From positions 5,704,001 to 5,768,000 of the forward strand of contig CATOCA020000001.1 in the NCBI GenBank assembly GCA_951406725.2: a stretch of DNA of 64,000 bases. Direction: 5' to 3'. A program made the translations under genes and the position numbers. Position 1 is the first letter of the stretch, and the number at the start of each line of letters is the position of its first letter. Source of the stretch: Octopus vulgaris (Eukaryota). The notes under the pieces are model-generated. The model did not search any database. It was not told the origin of the DNA and saw only the letters and a program-made list of their open reading frames with translations. Below, in pieces: positions 43,571 to 56,634 of the stretch.

Positions 43571-45372
43571 GACGGGGTTCTTTCAGTTTCCCGTCTACCA
43601 AGTCCACTCACAAGGCTTTGGTCGGCCCGAGGCTAAAGTAGAAGACACTTATCCAAGGTGCCACGCAGTGGGACTGAACCCGGAACCATGTGGTTGGTAA
43701 ACAAGCTACATACCACACAGCCACTCAAGCGCCTATCAATACGAATATATTAAAAACAGAATTCTTTTATACTTAAGAGGCTGTTTAAATCTTACGATGT
43801 CAAAATATTATTTGTAAAGATGAAATATTCATTCAAATTTTGGCACAAGGCCAGTAGTTTCAATGCGGAGCTAAGTTGATTACATCGACCCCAGTGTTCA
43901 ACTGGTACTAATTTTATGAGTCTCGAAATGTCTAGCCGAACTTGGCAATATTTGAACTCAGAACAAACATTTCTTCCGGCCTGCTAAGCTTTCTGTCAGC
44001 TGGCCTCCTTATAAAAGTGAAATATTCTTTTCTGCTCTAGGCACAGGGCCAGAAATTTTGGGAGAGGGGGTAGTCATTTGGATCGACCCCAGTAAGCAAC
44101 TGGTATTTAATTTATTGACCCCGAAAGGAGGAAAGGCAAAATAGACATCGGCAGAATTTGAACTCAGAATGTAAAAACAGAGGAAAAACCTATTTCTTTA
44201 CTACCCACAAAGGGCTAAAAACAGAGAGGACAAACAAGGGCAAACATACGAATTAAGTCGATTATATCGACCTCAGTGCATAACTGGTACTTAATGTATC
44301 GACCGCGAAAGGATGAAAGGCAAAGTCGACCACGGCGGAATTTGAACTCAGAACCTAACGGCAAACGAAATACCTATTTCTTTACTACCCACAAGGGGCT
44401 AAACATTGAGGGGACAAACAAGGACAGACATACGGATTAAGTCGATTATATCGACCGCAGTGTGTAACTGGTACTTATTTAATCGACACCGAAAGGATAA
44501 TCTTTTTGCCAGTTTGCTTCCTAATAAAGATGAAAACATTAAAATTGTTTTTATAAGAAGAAAATATATTTGAAGTGTGCCAATTATATTTGTTTAAAAT
44601 ATATAAAAATTGTGGTTTGTGTTGTCAGGGTTTTAACTAAAAGTTAAACGATATTTAAAAAAAAACAAGAAAATAATTTGTTAATTGAAACAAATAGAAG
44701 AATAATACGTACCTGTATAAATAATTCGGTTTTCTGTTGGAATCTGAAGAGATTGTCTCGCAAGAATATATTGGATGCTCAGCGTGCTTCGAGAAGTGCG
44801 ATGAAATATACAGAAATCCCGTTCAGTTTACTCTTATTTATAATGAGATTACCAGACTTGTCCACGTTGTATATTGAGATAAGGTGTGAACTTTACACAC
44901 AGAGCGTTGTGCATTTAATCACGAGGACAAATGATAAATCTTGACATTAGTTATAGCAGCTGTGTATGTGTGTATGTTACATCTATATGTGTGCCCGTAT
45001 ATATTTATGTATGTGTGTGTTTGTAGGCGTAGCAGGTTCTCACTGCAGGTAAAAAGGAGAAACTACTTGCATATGTGTATATACACACACACACACACAC
45101 ACATGTTAATTTCATATAGTTCATGTATACCATACATATACATATCCTTATACATATATATATATATATGTATGTATGTGTGTGTGTATGTATATATATA
45201 TATATATGTATGTATGTGTGTACGTATGTATGTATGTATATGTATGCATATATATACATAATATATATATATATATATGTATACGCATACATACATACGT
45301 ACATACATACATGCATACATACATACACGCATACATACATACATGCATACATACATACATACATACATACAT

Positions 45373-45403
<31 letters not shown>

Positions 45404-47701
45404 TAATGCACTGACGTGTGTGTACTTAAAGGTATTATTGTTTGAACGCAAGTTTGAGAGACAATGAAATGTAACTGAAAGAGGAACTCAATACTAAGAA
45501 TGTAGAAAAATTCCTAATAAAATTTGCGTTGACCGAGGTTTGAATATTATTCATCAAGAGAAATGGAACCAGAAATATGAGGTCCCAGTTGACATGAAAT
45601 ATACAGAACCCATGCAGGTTAGTGTTGGACATTTCCAAACCGCATACTATCAACGGACAACATATGGTGGACCTGGAGGGATTTCGGTCCCAGATTCATA
45701 ATCAGGGCGTGACTTAGACATTGACATGTCTAATGTTGCACACTTCCATGTGCATATTACGAAGCTGGCAATAAAATTCAGGTGGTTGGGTGGATGAATT
45801 CTTAGAAGTTTCAGTTCAAAGAAGCAGGAAACTATAATGGTCATCTGGAGGATATTTGTTCTTGGCCAGTGTGATTACTGCTTCCATCGATGACCACCAC
45901 ATCGTGTAAAATTAAGAGCTAAACTCGAGGCGATTAAACGAAGCTTCACAATGAAGGTTGCCTCAGTGCAGCAGATTAGTGACTGGGAACGACTCTACAG
46001 GTCGAAACATTATTTCCTGTAACGGAGATGGGAAAGTTAGACTGCGGCCATGCTGGTGCACCACCTTGAAGAATTATTAGTTATATGTATCGATCCCAGT
46101 ACTTGTATATTTTTTAAAAGCCTGGTAATTATGCTGTGTTTCTTTTGCCGAACCGCTAAGTTACTGGGACCTAAACATGCCAATATTGGTTGTCAAGCGG
46201 TGCCGGGTGTCTCTTCACTGACTGCAACCTTTCACTGTAACAGACTCCCTGATTTCATTATCAGAAAAAATAAATCGTATGTACATAGAAACCTGTTTAG
46301 TTTCATCCCTAAAACATGATTAATCGTTCCTCCCTTCATTTAAGATTTTCGCATCTTAAGGAGGTGAACTGGTAGAAGCATTGGTCTGAGGGACACAATG
46401 CCCTGCGGCATTTCGTCCGTCTTTACGTTCGGGCTTCAAAAGGGTTCCACTTTGCTTTACATCGATTCGGGGTCAAGATAATAAGCACGATTTGAGCCCT
46501 GTGATTGATGTAATCGATTTACCACCTTCCTCGATATTGCCGGCCTTGTGACAGAATTAGAAACCGATATTTTCTAATCTAAATAGTGAAACACTTAAAT
46601 CATTCCAAACGTTCTCAGACCATTGTCCCCTGTTGTTAGTTTTGAGGTGAGGTACATCTACAGCTTCTAGATGTTTCTAAATGACCATGTCGTATTTGCC
46701 AAACGTTTGGCCAAGTTCAAAGTTTATTTCCTCTTTTGAAACTTTGCTGTTATTTTCTCTGTAGCTTTGATCTTTTACTTGTTTCAAGCATTTGTGTGTC
46801 CATGCTGGGGCACCGCCTTGAAATATATTAGTGAAAACAAATCGACGGCAGGACTTATATTTTAAGACCTGTTAAATAATCCATATTCATAGAAAAGAGG
46901 AATGTACTGGCGATTAGGTTCTGCTGAGAACCACCAAATACGGTAACTTTTGGCGATCATACACACACCAGAAATACCAAGATACCAATTTCTCTACTAA
47001 ACTGGGAACATAACATTTTTAGAAAAAATGTCATCTTCTCGATATTCAAAGTCTTTCCACACCGCATCCCCAAGCATCCTTTCAGGGGTGGATTCTTAGA
47101 TTTTCATCTAAATTTAAAGTAGATGTAAAAAGCAAAGGATTGGTGTGTCACTGAGTTGATAGTAGGAACCATCTGTGCAGTCCAGGGATCAATTCACATC
47201 CCTCTCCTGTTCACTACACGTCTCTAAGCCACAAGAGAAGGATTTAAAAACTTAACAAGAATTTCCTATATGGGGATTGTCTAGTTACCTTAGTTGTGTC
47301 TGACAAAGAAATTCCATGCTTGATTCGGAGAAAAGGAGTAACAAGGGGTTTCATTGGACCACATCAGTGGTAAGTAAGAAGAAGGAGTTTATTAACAGCA
47401 GGGAGCATAGCTGTGACTGAGAAACAAAGAGGACCTGGTAGTATGTAGCATACTTTTGCTAATTGTTTCAGATGCCTGTGTAGTCAGGAGCAGACAGTGA
47501 CAACCCCTCAGAATTCTGTCTTCTGTCTAGCAGAATGTTGAGAATGTAATAGCCGGGGAGAGAGAGAGAGAGGGAGAGAGACAGACAGAGACAGACCGTG
47601 AGAGAGTATGAGAGAGAGGTATGAATGAAGACTGTAAAAGGAAGAGAGGGATAAAGAATGGAAAGAAGGGAGAGAAAGGAAGGAAGGAAGAAAGAAAGAC
47701 A

Positions 47702-47738
<37 letters not shown>

Positions 47739-49003
47739 GGAAAGAAAGAAAGTAAAATTCTGCCGAGGTCGACTTTGTTTTTCTTCCTTCCAGGGTAGCT
47801 AAACAAGTACCAGTTCTGGGGTCAATATAATCGGTTAACCCTTCCAAAACCATTACTGGTCTTGTACCTCGATTTGAAACCGATATTTCAAGAACAGTTT
47901 TTTTTTATCTCCGTTTCAACATTTGGTGACTTTCATATTTATTTTTCGATTTCAACAATTAGCTTCTTTACTGATTAAGAGAATAATATCAGCAATGATC
48001 TACTTGAAAATGCAAAGATCATTTCAACTAAACAATGGGAAACAATTTGAACAATAGTTACCAGGCATTAGTGATTAAAAAGTATGTCAAGGGTTTTGTT
48101 TGGACGATCGAAATAAAGATATTGTTGTAAACAGGTTGATTACATTAAGATAATTTAGCGAGTTTAGTCCTGTGATTCATTAAGTGTATAATATAAAGCT
48201 AAACTTCGAACCCAAATTTAATATTAATTGTTTTATATTTGAAATTATTTTTAAGTATGCTATGGTGCTCAAAACTAAAATAATAAACGGTGGTAATATG
48301 GCAAAGATGACTTTCAAAGTATAACATAGGTTTAATCTTAAACTTGAATATATCACATAACTTCTTTTATGTCTCATGTCTTTTTCTCTCAGCTCATTTG
48401 TTCTTTACCATTCATAGAAACTAACATTACACTTCCATCGTCACCAAATTCCTTTCCCAACTTTTGCAGATCCCCTCCATTCAAGGCCCATCACTTGCTA
48501 CCACGAGGCACATCGCTTTGGCCATGTCACTGACAAACAAGCCATTTGTGGCCAGCAGACACAGTAACTCTCTAAACTTTATCAAACCCCGTTCTTACTG
48601 TGGCAACTATGTCCGCGAAAGACCCCGTCCTCACAATTTATTCGGTACCCTATCGTTAAAATCTGGGGATTGCGAGGAATTTATTAATCAAGCAATGTCA
48701 CCACCACCACCATAACCAGCACTACTACTGCTACTGCAACACATACGTACATATATACATTCAGATATAGAGAGATATCTGTGTGTGCGTGTGTGCGTGT
48801 ATGTGCGTGCATTCAAAGAACATATACACATAATCGCATATACACTATAGGCAGTTGAACACACAGAAGTTTATAGCAAAGTAACACAAACACGCACACA
48901 TACACATATACGGGTGTATATACATACATATATATATATATGTGTATGCATGTGTGTGTGTGTGTGTGTATGTATATATAGATAGTAAGATAGATAGATA
49001 GAT

Positions 49004-49081
<78 letters not shown>

Positions 49082-49603
49082 TATTGCGGCCATGCTGGGG
49101 CAACATATTCTAGGGTTTGGGTTGGACAAATAGAGCACAGGACATTAAAAAAAATTTTTACTTATTCCAGCAGGTTGTGCCAAACCGATGGATTATGGGG
49201 ATGTAAACACACCAGCACCGGCTGTATATCCTGGTGCAGGAAAAACATGGACATAATAACATACGCACGCGTACACACACACGCATACTCATATTTCACA
49301 CACAGGCATACACACACACATATATAATTACATATATATATATATATGTATATTAACATCTCTCTATATATATACAGACATACAGGAGAGGCTTCTTCTA
49401 GTTTCCTTTGACAAAATGCCACTCGCAATGAGTTATATACATTCTTTGCACAGACTTGTATATGTGCCACTGCTGTAATATGTTTGAATAAATTCATGAC
49501 TATAGATGCACAACAGATACACATGTATATATTCATACATACAGATATGTATTCACGTACATACAAATATTTGCATACTGATGCACAGATGTTGATGTAT
49601 ACG

Positions 49604-49659
<56 letters not shown>

Positions 49660-49709
49660 TGTATGTATGTATGTATGTATGTATGTATGTATCTATCTAT
49701 CTTTCTTTC

Positions 49710-49756
<47 letters not shown>

Positions 49757-50042
49757 AGTTAAATATATATACATATATATGCAACTACATAGTTCAAGAG
49801 TTCAACATTTGTTGGAAGGAGAAAGTTCTAAGAATAAGAAGGGGACAATTTGCAAGCTGTATGTATGGGGATGGGTGGGTGTTTGCTTTTGTTAATGAGT
49901 CTGAGTTCTTATGTATGTGTATGTATATAACTGCATTCGTGTCTGTGTGTGTGTGTGTGTGTGCGTGATTGTGTGTATATCTGTATATATATGCACTTGT
50001 ATATGTGTACGATTATTATGTATATGTATCATCCATCCATCC

Positions 50043-50111
<69 letters not shown>

Positions 50112-50269
50112 GACGTGCTTCTTTAAATTTCCGTCTACCAAATCCACTTACGAAGCTTTTGTCGGCCCGAGGCTATAGTAGAAAAAATTACCCAAGGAAA
50201 CACGCAGTGGAACTGAACCTGGAATTATGTGGCTGGTATACTTACCACACAATCACCATCGCGCCTATA

Positions 50270-50308
<39 letters not shown>

Positions 50309-50428
50309 ATATATATATAATATATGCATGTGCTTGTATATATATGTAAAGATATATTTGTTTCTATATATATATATATATGTATATAAATATATCTTAT
50401 ATGTATATATGTTTACATATATACATAA

Positions 50429-50459
<31 letters not shown>

Positions 50460-50698
50460 GGAAAGGAAGGAGATCAAATTCTGCCGAGGTCGACTTTGTC
50501 TTTCTTCCTTCCAGGGTAGCTAAACAAGTACCAGTTCTGGGGTCAAAATAATCGGTTAACCCTTCCAAAATAATTACTGGTCTTGTACCACCATTTGAAA
50601 CCGATATTTAAAAAACAGTTTTTATTCTTATAAGTATATATATATATATTTATATAATAAATCTTAGAGCAAGTTATAAACAGTAGCTGCAACACTTC

Positions 50699-50939
50699 GT
50701 GACGTATATTTGCGATTTAAATATGGCTAACCCCTAAGGGTGGATGCTACTGTAGTTTGGAGCCCCAATAGGACACCTCCTACATCTGGCTTTAGACACA
50801 CTTTCTGAGCCCTATCAGTGTTTGCAAAGGTAAGACATCCTTCCCGTCTTCCCTTTGCAAACACTGATAAGACACCAACAAAATACAGTAGCACCCACCC
50901 CTAGGGGTTAGCCATATTTAAATGGCAATTATACGTCAC
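50699..50939. mobile_element. Foldback MITE with ~56-bp TIRs and an internal hairpin
   Basis: gtgacgtatatttgcgatttaaatatggctaacccctaagggtggatgctactgta is inverted at the right end. Inner stem at 50813-50869. Confidence 0.8.
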
Positions 50940-51012
50940 TATACTTATATATATATATATATTTATACGTATAGATGTGTATACATATATGTGTGTGTAT
51001 GTATATGTCTGC

Positions 51013-51077
<65 letters not shown>

Positions 51078-51078
<1 letters not shown>

Positions 51079-51450
51079 CTATATAAACGGCAGTTTGTCT
51101 GTGCGTGTTTCTGTTTGCTTGTACCCTCACCCTGACCACGGCTTTCAACCGATTCTGATGAAACTTGACACACCCATAGCCCAATGTCATAATTCAAAAC
51201 TAACGCAGAGAAAATTTTGAAAAGTTCCCCCACTTCTGAAAAAAATCGATCAATTCGACATGGGGTCGGGAATCAGAAACACGAACCACAAACTGTCTAG
51301 GGGACGCAACTCCACCTTTTTTAAATCTCAAGAAAAAATTTACCATCATTTTTTTCCCATTTTTTTTGCTATTTTTTGGCTATAACTCTCTAAAAATGCT
51401 TTATAGTTATTTCCCTTACAAACCTGAGCAACGCCGGGCGATACTGCTAG
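51078..51450 (+). mobile_element. Non-autonomous Helitron
   Basis: 5' TC, subterminal hairpin cctgagcaacgccggg, 3' CTAG, inserted between A and T in (TA)n with no TSD. Confidence 0.82.
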
Positions 51451-51530
51451 TATATGTATATATGTGTGTTTGTAGGTAAATATATATATATATATATATA
51501 TCTTATGTATGTATATATATATATCCTATG

Positions 51531-51561
<31 letters not shown>

Positions 51562-51631
51562 GCAAATACACTTGTATATATGTACGATTATGTATGTATG
51601 TATGTATCTATCTATTTATATATATATAAAT

Positions 51632-51965
51632 ATGGCTCAGTGGTTAGAGCGTCGAGCTTACGATCGTGAGGTTGTGAGCTCGAATCCCGGACCGGGCTGC
51701 GTGTTGTGTTCTTGAGCAAGGCACTTTATTTCACGTTGCTCCAGTTCACTCAACTGTAGAAATGAGTTGCGACGTCACAGGTGCCAAGCAGTATCGACCT
51801 TTGTCTTTCCCTTGGATAACACTGGTGGCGTGGAGATGGGAGGCTGGTATGCATGGGCGACTGCTGGCCTTCCATAAACAACCTTGCCCGGACTTGTGTC
51901 TAGGAGGGTAACTTTCTAGGTGCAATCCCATGGTCATTCATGACCGAAGGAGGTCTTTACCCTTT
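51632..51965 (+). mobile_element. tRNA-derived SINE (family-3-like head, different tail)
   Basis: tggctcagtggttagagc...tcgaatcc head. Core shared with the 27201 SINE; tail shared with ~25365-25500. Confidence 0.85.
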
Positions 51966-52022
51966 ATATATATATATATATAAATAAATTAATCAAAATA
52001 AAAACATGATGCCAAGGATTCA

Positions 52023-52100
52023 GCGGTACATATGTTTCGGGCCTTTATTAGACGGATTTATAACAATGCATAATGTGCGTCTGTGGCCTTCTTCAGCCGC
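52023..52100 (-). ncRNA. Minimal type-I hammerhead ribozyme motif
   Basis: Minus strand: gcgg-CTGAAGA-aggcc...ggccc-GAAAC-atat-GTA-ccgc. Stem I gcgg/ccgc; stem III palindrome ACATATGT. Confidence 0.72.
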
Positions 52101-52218
52101 GCACAACTACTTCTTCAAGGACATGTATTACATCAAAAATTCTTGGTTGGGGATGCAAATCCTCTCATTCGCATACGACGTAATACAGGTGCTTACAATT
52201 ATCAAGTACTCACCCCGA

Positions 52219-52371
<153 letters not shown>

Positions 52372-52500
52372 TGTTTTATTTCTATTCCTGAGCGCCATAC
52401 TAATACAATTGTTTGTTTGTACTCCACCTGCCTTCGTCTTTTGTTTATTTTCGTAAACCTTCCCGTTGTATATATATATATTTATATATATATTCCCTTT

Positions 52501-52676
52501 TTTACTTGTTTCAGTCATATGACTGCGGCCATGTCTACTACCGCCTTTTGTCGAGCAAATCTACCCCAAGGCTTAGTCTTTGTAACCCTAATACTTATTC
52601 TATCGGTCCCTTTTTGCCGAACCGGTTGTCCTGCGATGTTGGAGCGACATGCAAAAACACACAAACATATACACAC

Positions 52677-52739
<63 letters not shown>

Positions 52740-52885
52740 TACATATATAAGACGGGCTTCTTTAAATTCCCGTCTACCAAATCCACTTACAATTCTTTGA
52801 TAGGCCCGAGGTTATAGTAGAAGAAAATTGCCCAAGGTGCCACGCAGTGGGACTGAACCTAGAATTATGTGGTTGGTATACTTAC
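52501..52885 (-). mobile_element. SINE family 1, diverged
   Basis: Reverse-complement match. Partial copies also at ~5813-6000, 50110-50265 and 53630-53790. Confidence 0.75.
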
Positions 52886-53505
52886 GACACAATCATATTC
52901 TCCCTTCTCTGTTTTTCTTCTTCTTCTTCTTCCTCTTCTTCTTCATCATCATCGTTATCATCATCATCGGCATCATCATCATCGCCACCATCATCACCAC
53001 CATCTTCTCCTTCTCCTCCTTCTTCTTCTTCTTCTTCTTCTTCATCATCATCGTTATCATCATCATCGTCGCCATAATCATCACCACCATCACCATCATC
53101 GTCATCTTCTCCTTCTCCTTCTCCTTCTTCTTCTTCTTCTTCTTCATCTTCTCCACCCCCTACCCCTTAAGTTTGTCACTAATGTTTTTTAGTATAACAC
53201 CTACGCTAATTCTATAAAGAAGCCTGTCAATATAAATATTCTCCTGAATTGAACTGAGACTGCCAGCCGCCACTGACCATTCAAAATACGACCATCGGGG
53301 CACTCCCAGATTCTCCCACCCCCCTTTCCTCACCAGCCTTCTCTCTACTACCCTACCAAGAGCTCACAACTACCTCGAACACACAAGTGCAAACAAGGGA
53401 GTCAGAGAAAGGCAGAATGCCACTTAAATCTGAACACTACTATAGAAATATTCTTTTAAAAAAACTTTTCTTCTAATTTTTCTAAATTTAATTATTTAAT
53501 CGTTA

Positions 53506-53543
53506 CAGTTGAAAAGGTCTCAAAATGACCGAAACCGGTACTG
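53506..53543 (+). ncRNA. Minimal type-I hammerhead ribozyme motif with U3-A8 core
   Basis: cag-TTGAAAA-ggtc(tcaaaat)gacc-GAAAC-cg-GTA-ctg. Stems I and II pair; stem III palindrome ACCGGT. Confidence 0.68.
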
Positions 53544-53787
53544 AAATGTTCACTATAAAATTATTTTAGCATTTTCTATTTTTTACTTGTTTTTTCATAT
53601 ATATATATATATATATACATATATACATATATAAGACGGGCTTCTTTAAATTCCCGTCTACCAAATCCACTTACAATTCTTTGATAGGCCCGAGGTTATA
53701 GTAGAAGAAAATTGCCCAAGGTGCCACGCAGTGGGACTGAACCTGGAATTATGTGGTTGGTATACTTACCACACAATCACTCGCGTG

Positions 53788-53829
<42 letters not shown>

Positions 53830-53863
53830 TGTGCTTTCATATATATGTGAAGACATATGTGTT

Positions 53864-53950
<87 letters not shown>

Positions 53951-54195
53951 TTGCGTGTGTTATTGAGTGTGTGCATACACATGAACTTTCCTTCTTTTCT
54001 GATACGTACTATGTATATGTATGTATGTATGTATGTGTGTATAAATATACACACATATACATATAAAAAGAGAAGGCAAGGACATGTGTATAGAATGACA
54101 CAAACACACAGACACAATCACAGACATATATACAGATCTACGTAAAAAACAAAGTTTTCTCTGGTTATTTTGATTATGCTCTATCTCTCACTCAA

Positions 54196-54240
<45 letters not shown>

Positions 54241-54270
54241 ATGTGTATGTGTTGGTGTATACATAATAAC

Positions 54271-54331
<61 letters not shown>

Positions 54332-55269
54332 AGATAGATATAATAAAATAACCAGAGAAAACTGTATACATACATACATATATGTCTACTTAAATTACAT
54401 TAGAGAAAAACGTGGAAGGATGTTGGTGCTTATACGATGAGCTAGAAACAACAGCAAAATCTTCTATGTATTTTCTTTAACTATATGTAGATAAAAACGT
54501 AGATGGTTGCAGGTAGTCATGCCATGTGCTAGAAACAACAGCTAAATATTCTAAATATATTTTTAACAATATGTAGACAAAAGCGTGGAATGTGATCATT
54601 TCATTGCTAGAAATAGCAGCTAAGTCTCCTTATTTTTGTTCTTAAATCATATGTCGACAACAGTGGAAGGCCTTGGGCCTATTATAGAACTATATATCTA
54701 AAATATTGTGCAGTCAACATCTTGTTACTCATATTCATGGCTTTTTCCTGAGATTTTACATGTCTGGGTTCGAATTCTGCCAAAGCTAACATTCACTTTT
54801 AACGTTTTTGTGTCGATAAAGTAAGAAGGAGGTTCATATCTGGGTTGAAGTAATAAACTAGCAAACTCCCACAACAGTTGAGGCCCATTGCATCTATGGC
54901 TGTATATATATGTATGTATACATGTATTTATATACATATATATATCTATATATATCTATCTATCTATCTATCTTACAATCTATATATATACATACACACA
55001 CACACACACACACATATATATATGTATGTATATGCACCCATATGTGTGTATGTGTGCGTGTTTGTGTTACTTTGCTATAAACTTCTGTGTGTATGGTTGT
55101 TCAACTGCCTATACAGTATATGCGATTATGTGTATATGTTCTTTGAATGGACGCACATACACACACGCACGCACACACAGATATCTCTCTATATGTGAAT
55201 GTATGTATGTACGTATGTGTATGAACTTGCACACACATGTATATATAAATGCACACATAACGATGTATA

Positions 55270-55326
<57 letters not shown>

Positions 55327-55380
55327 ACTTATATAGGTGCAGTAGTAGTTGTAGTAGAAGTAGTGGTGGTGGTGTTGGTG

Positions 55381-56634
55381 GTTATGTGATATATTCATGT
55401 TTAAGATTAAACCTATGTTATACTTTGAAAGTCATGTTTGCTATATTACCACCGTTTATTATTTTATTTTTGAGCACCATAGCATACTTAAAAATAATTT
55501 CAAATATAAAACAATATTAAATTTGGGTTCGAAGTTTAGCTTTATATTATACACTTAATGAATCACAGGACTAAACTCGCTAAATTATCTTAATGTAATC
55601 AAGCTGTTTACAACAATATCTTTATTTCGATCGTCCAAACAAAACCCTTGACATACTTTTTAATCACTAATACCTGGTACCTATTTTTAAATTTCTTCCC
55701 ATTGTTTAGTTGAAATGATCTTTGCATGTTCAAGTGTCTCATTGCTGATATTATTCGCTTAATCAGTAAATAAACTAATTGTTGAAATAGAAAAAATAAA
55801 TATGAAAGTCACCAAATGTTGAAACGGAGATAAAAAAGAAACTGTTCTTGAAATATCGGTTTCAAATCGAGGTACAAGACCATTAATGTTTTTGGAAGGG
55901 TTAACCGATTATATTGACCCCAGAACTGGTACTTGTTTAGCTACCCTGGAAGGAAGAAAAACAAAGTCGACCTCGGCAGAATTTGATGTCTTTCCTCTCC
56001 CTTTCTTTCTTTCTTTCTTTCTTTCTTTCATTCTCTCCCTTCTTTGCATTCTTTATCCCTCTCTCCCTTTTACTGTCTTCATTCATACCTTTCTCTCATA
56101 CTCTCCCACGGTCTGACTCTGTCTGTCTCTCTCCTTCTCTTTCTCTCTCCCCGGCTATTACATTCTCAACATTCGGCTAGACAGAAGACAGAATTCTGAG
56201 GGGTTGTCACTGTCTGCTCCTGACTACACAGGCATCTGAAACAATTAGCAAAAGTATGCTACATACTACCAGGTCCTCTTTGTTTCTCAGTCACAGCTAT
56301 GCTCCCTGCTGTTAATAAACTCCTTCTTCTTACCACTGATGTGGTCCAATGAAACCCCTTGTTACTCCTTTTCTCCGAATCAAGCATGGAATTTCTTTGT
56401 CAGACACAACTAAGGTAACTTGACAATCCCCATATAGGAAATTCCAGTTAAGTTTTTAAATCCTTCTCTTGTGGCTTAGAGACGTGTAGTGAACAGGAGA
56501 GGGATGTGAATTGATCCATGGACTGCACAGATGGTTTCTACTATCAACTCAGTGACACACCAATCCTTTGCTTTTTACATCTACTTTAAATTTTGATGAA
56601 AATTTAAGAATCCATCCCTGAAAGGATGCTCGGG
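55381..56634 (-). repeat. Inverted third copy of segment ~32650-33945 / ~47070-48361
   Basis: Reverse-complement identity; the LEGLTDYIDPRTGTCLATLEGR pseudo-ORF appears on + here and on - at 33.4 and 47.8 kb. Confidence 0.92.

Larger units (their letters stand above)
37142..50430 (+). repeat. Segmental duplication, copy B
   Basis: Starts atattgtaaact, as at 21589. Same order of TE fragments, with scattered substitutions and indels. Confidence 0.93.

Noticed and set aside
54606-54618. gctagaaatagca, identical to part of the Cas9 sgRNA scaffold
   Set aside because: A 13-bp match inside an endogenous repeat; no gttttaga flank, tracrRNA remainder or cas genes.
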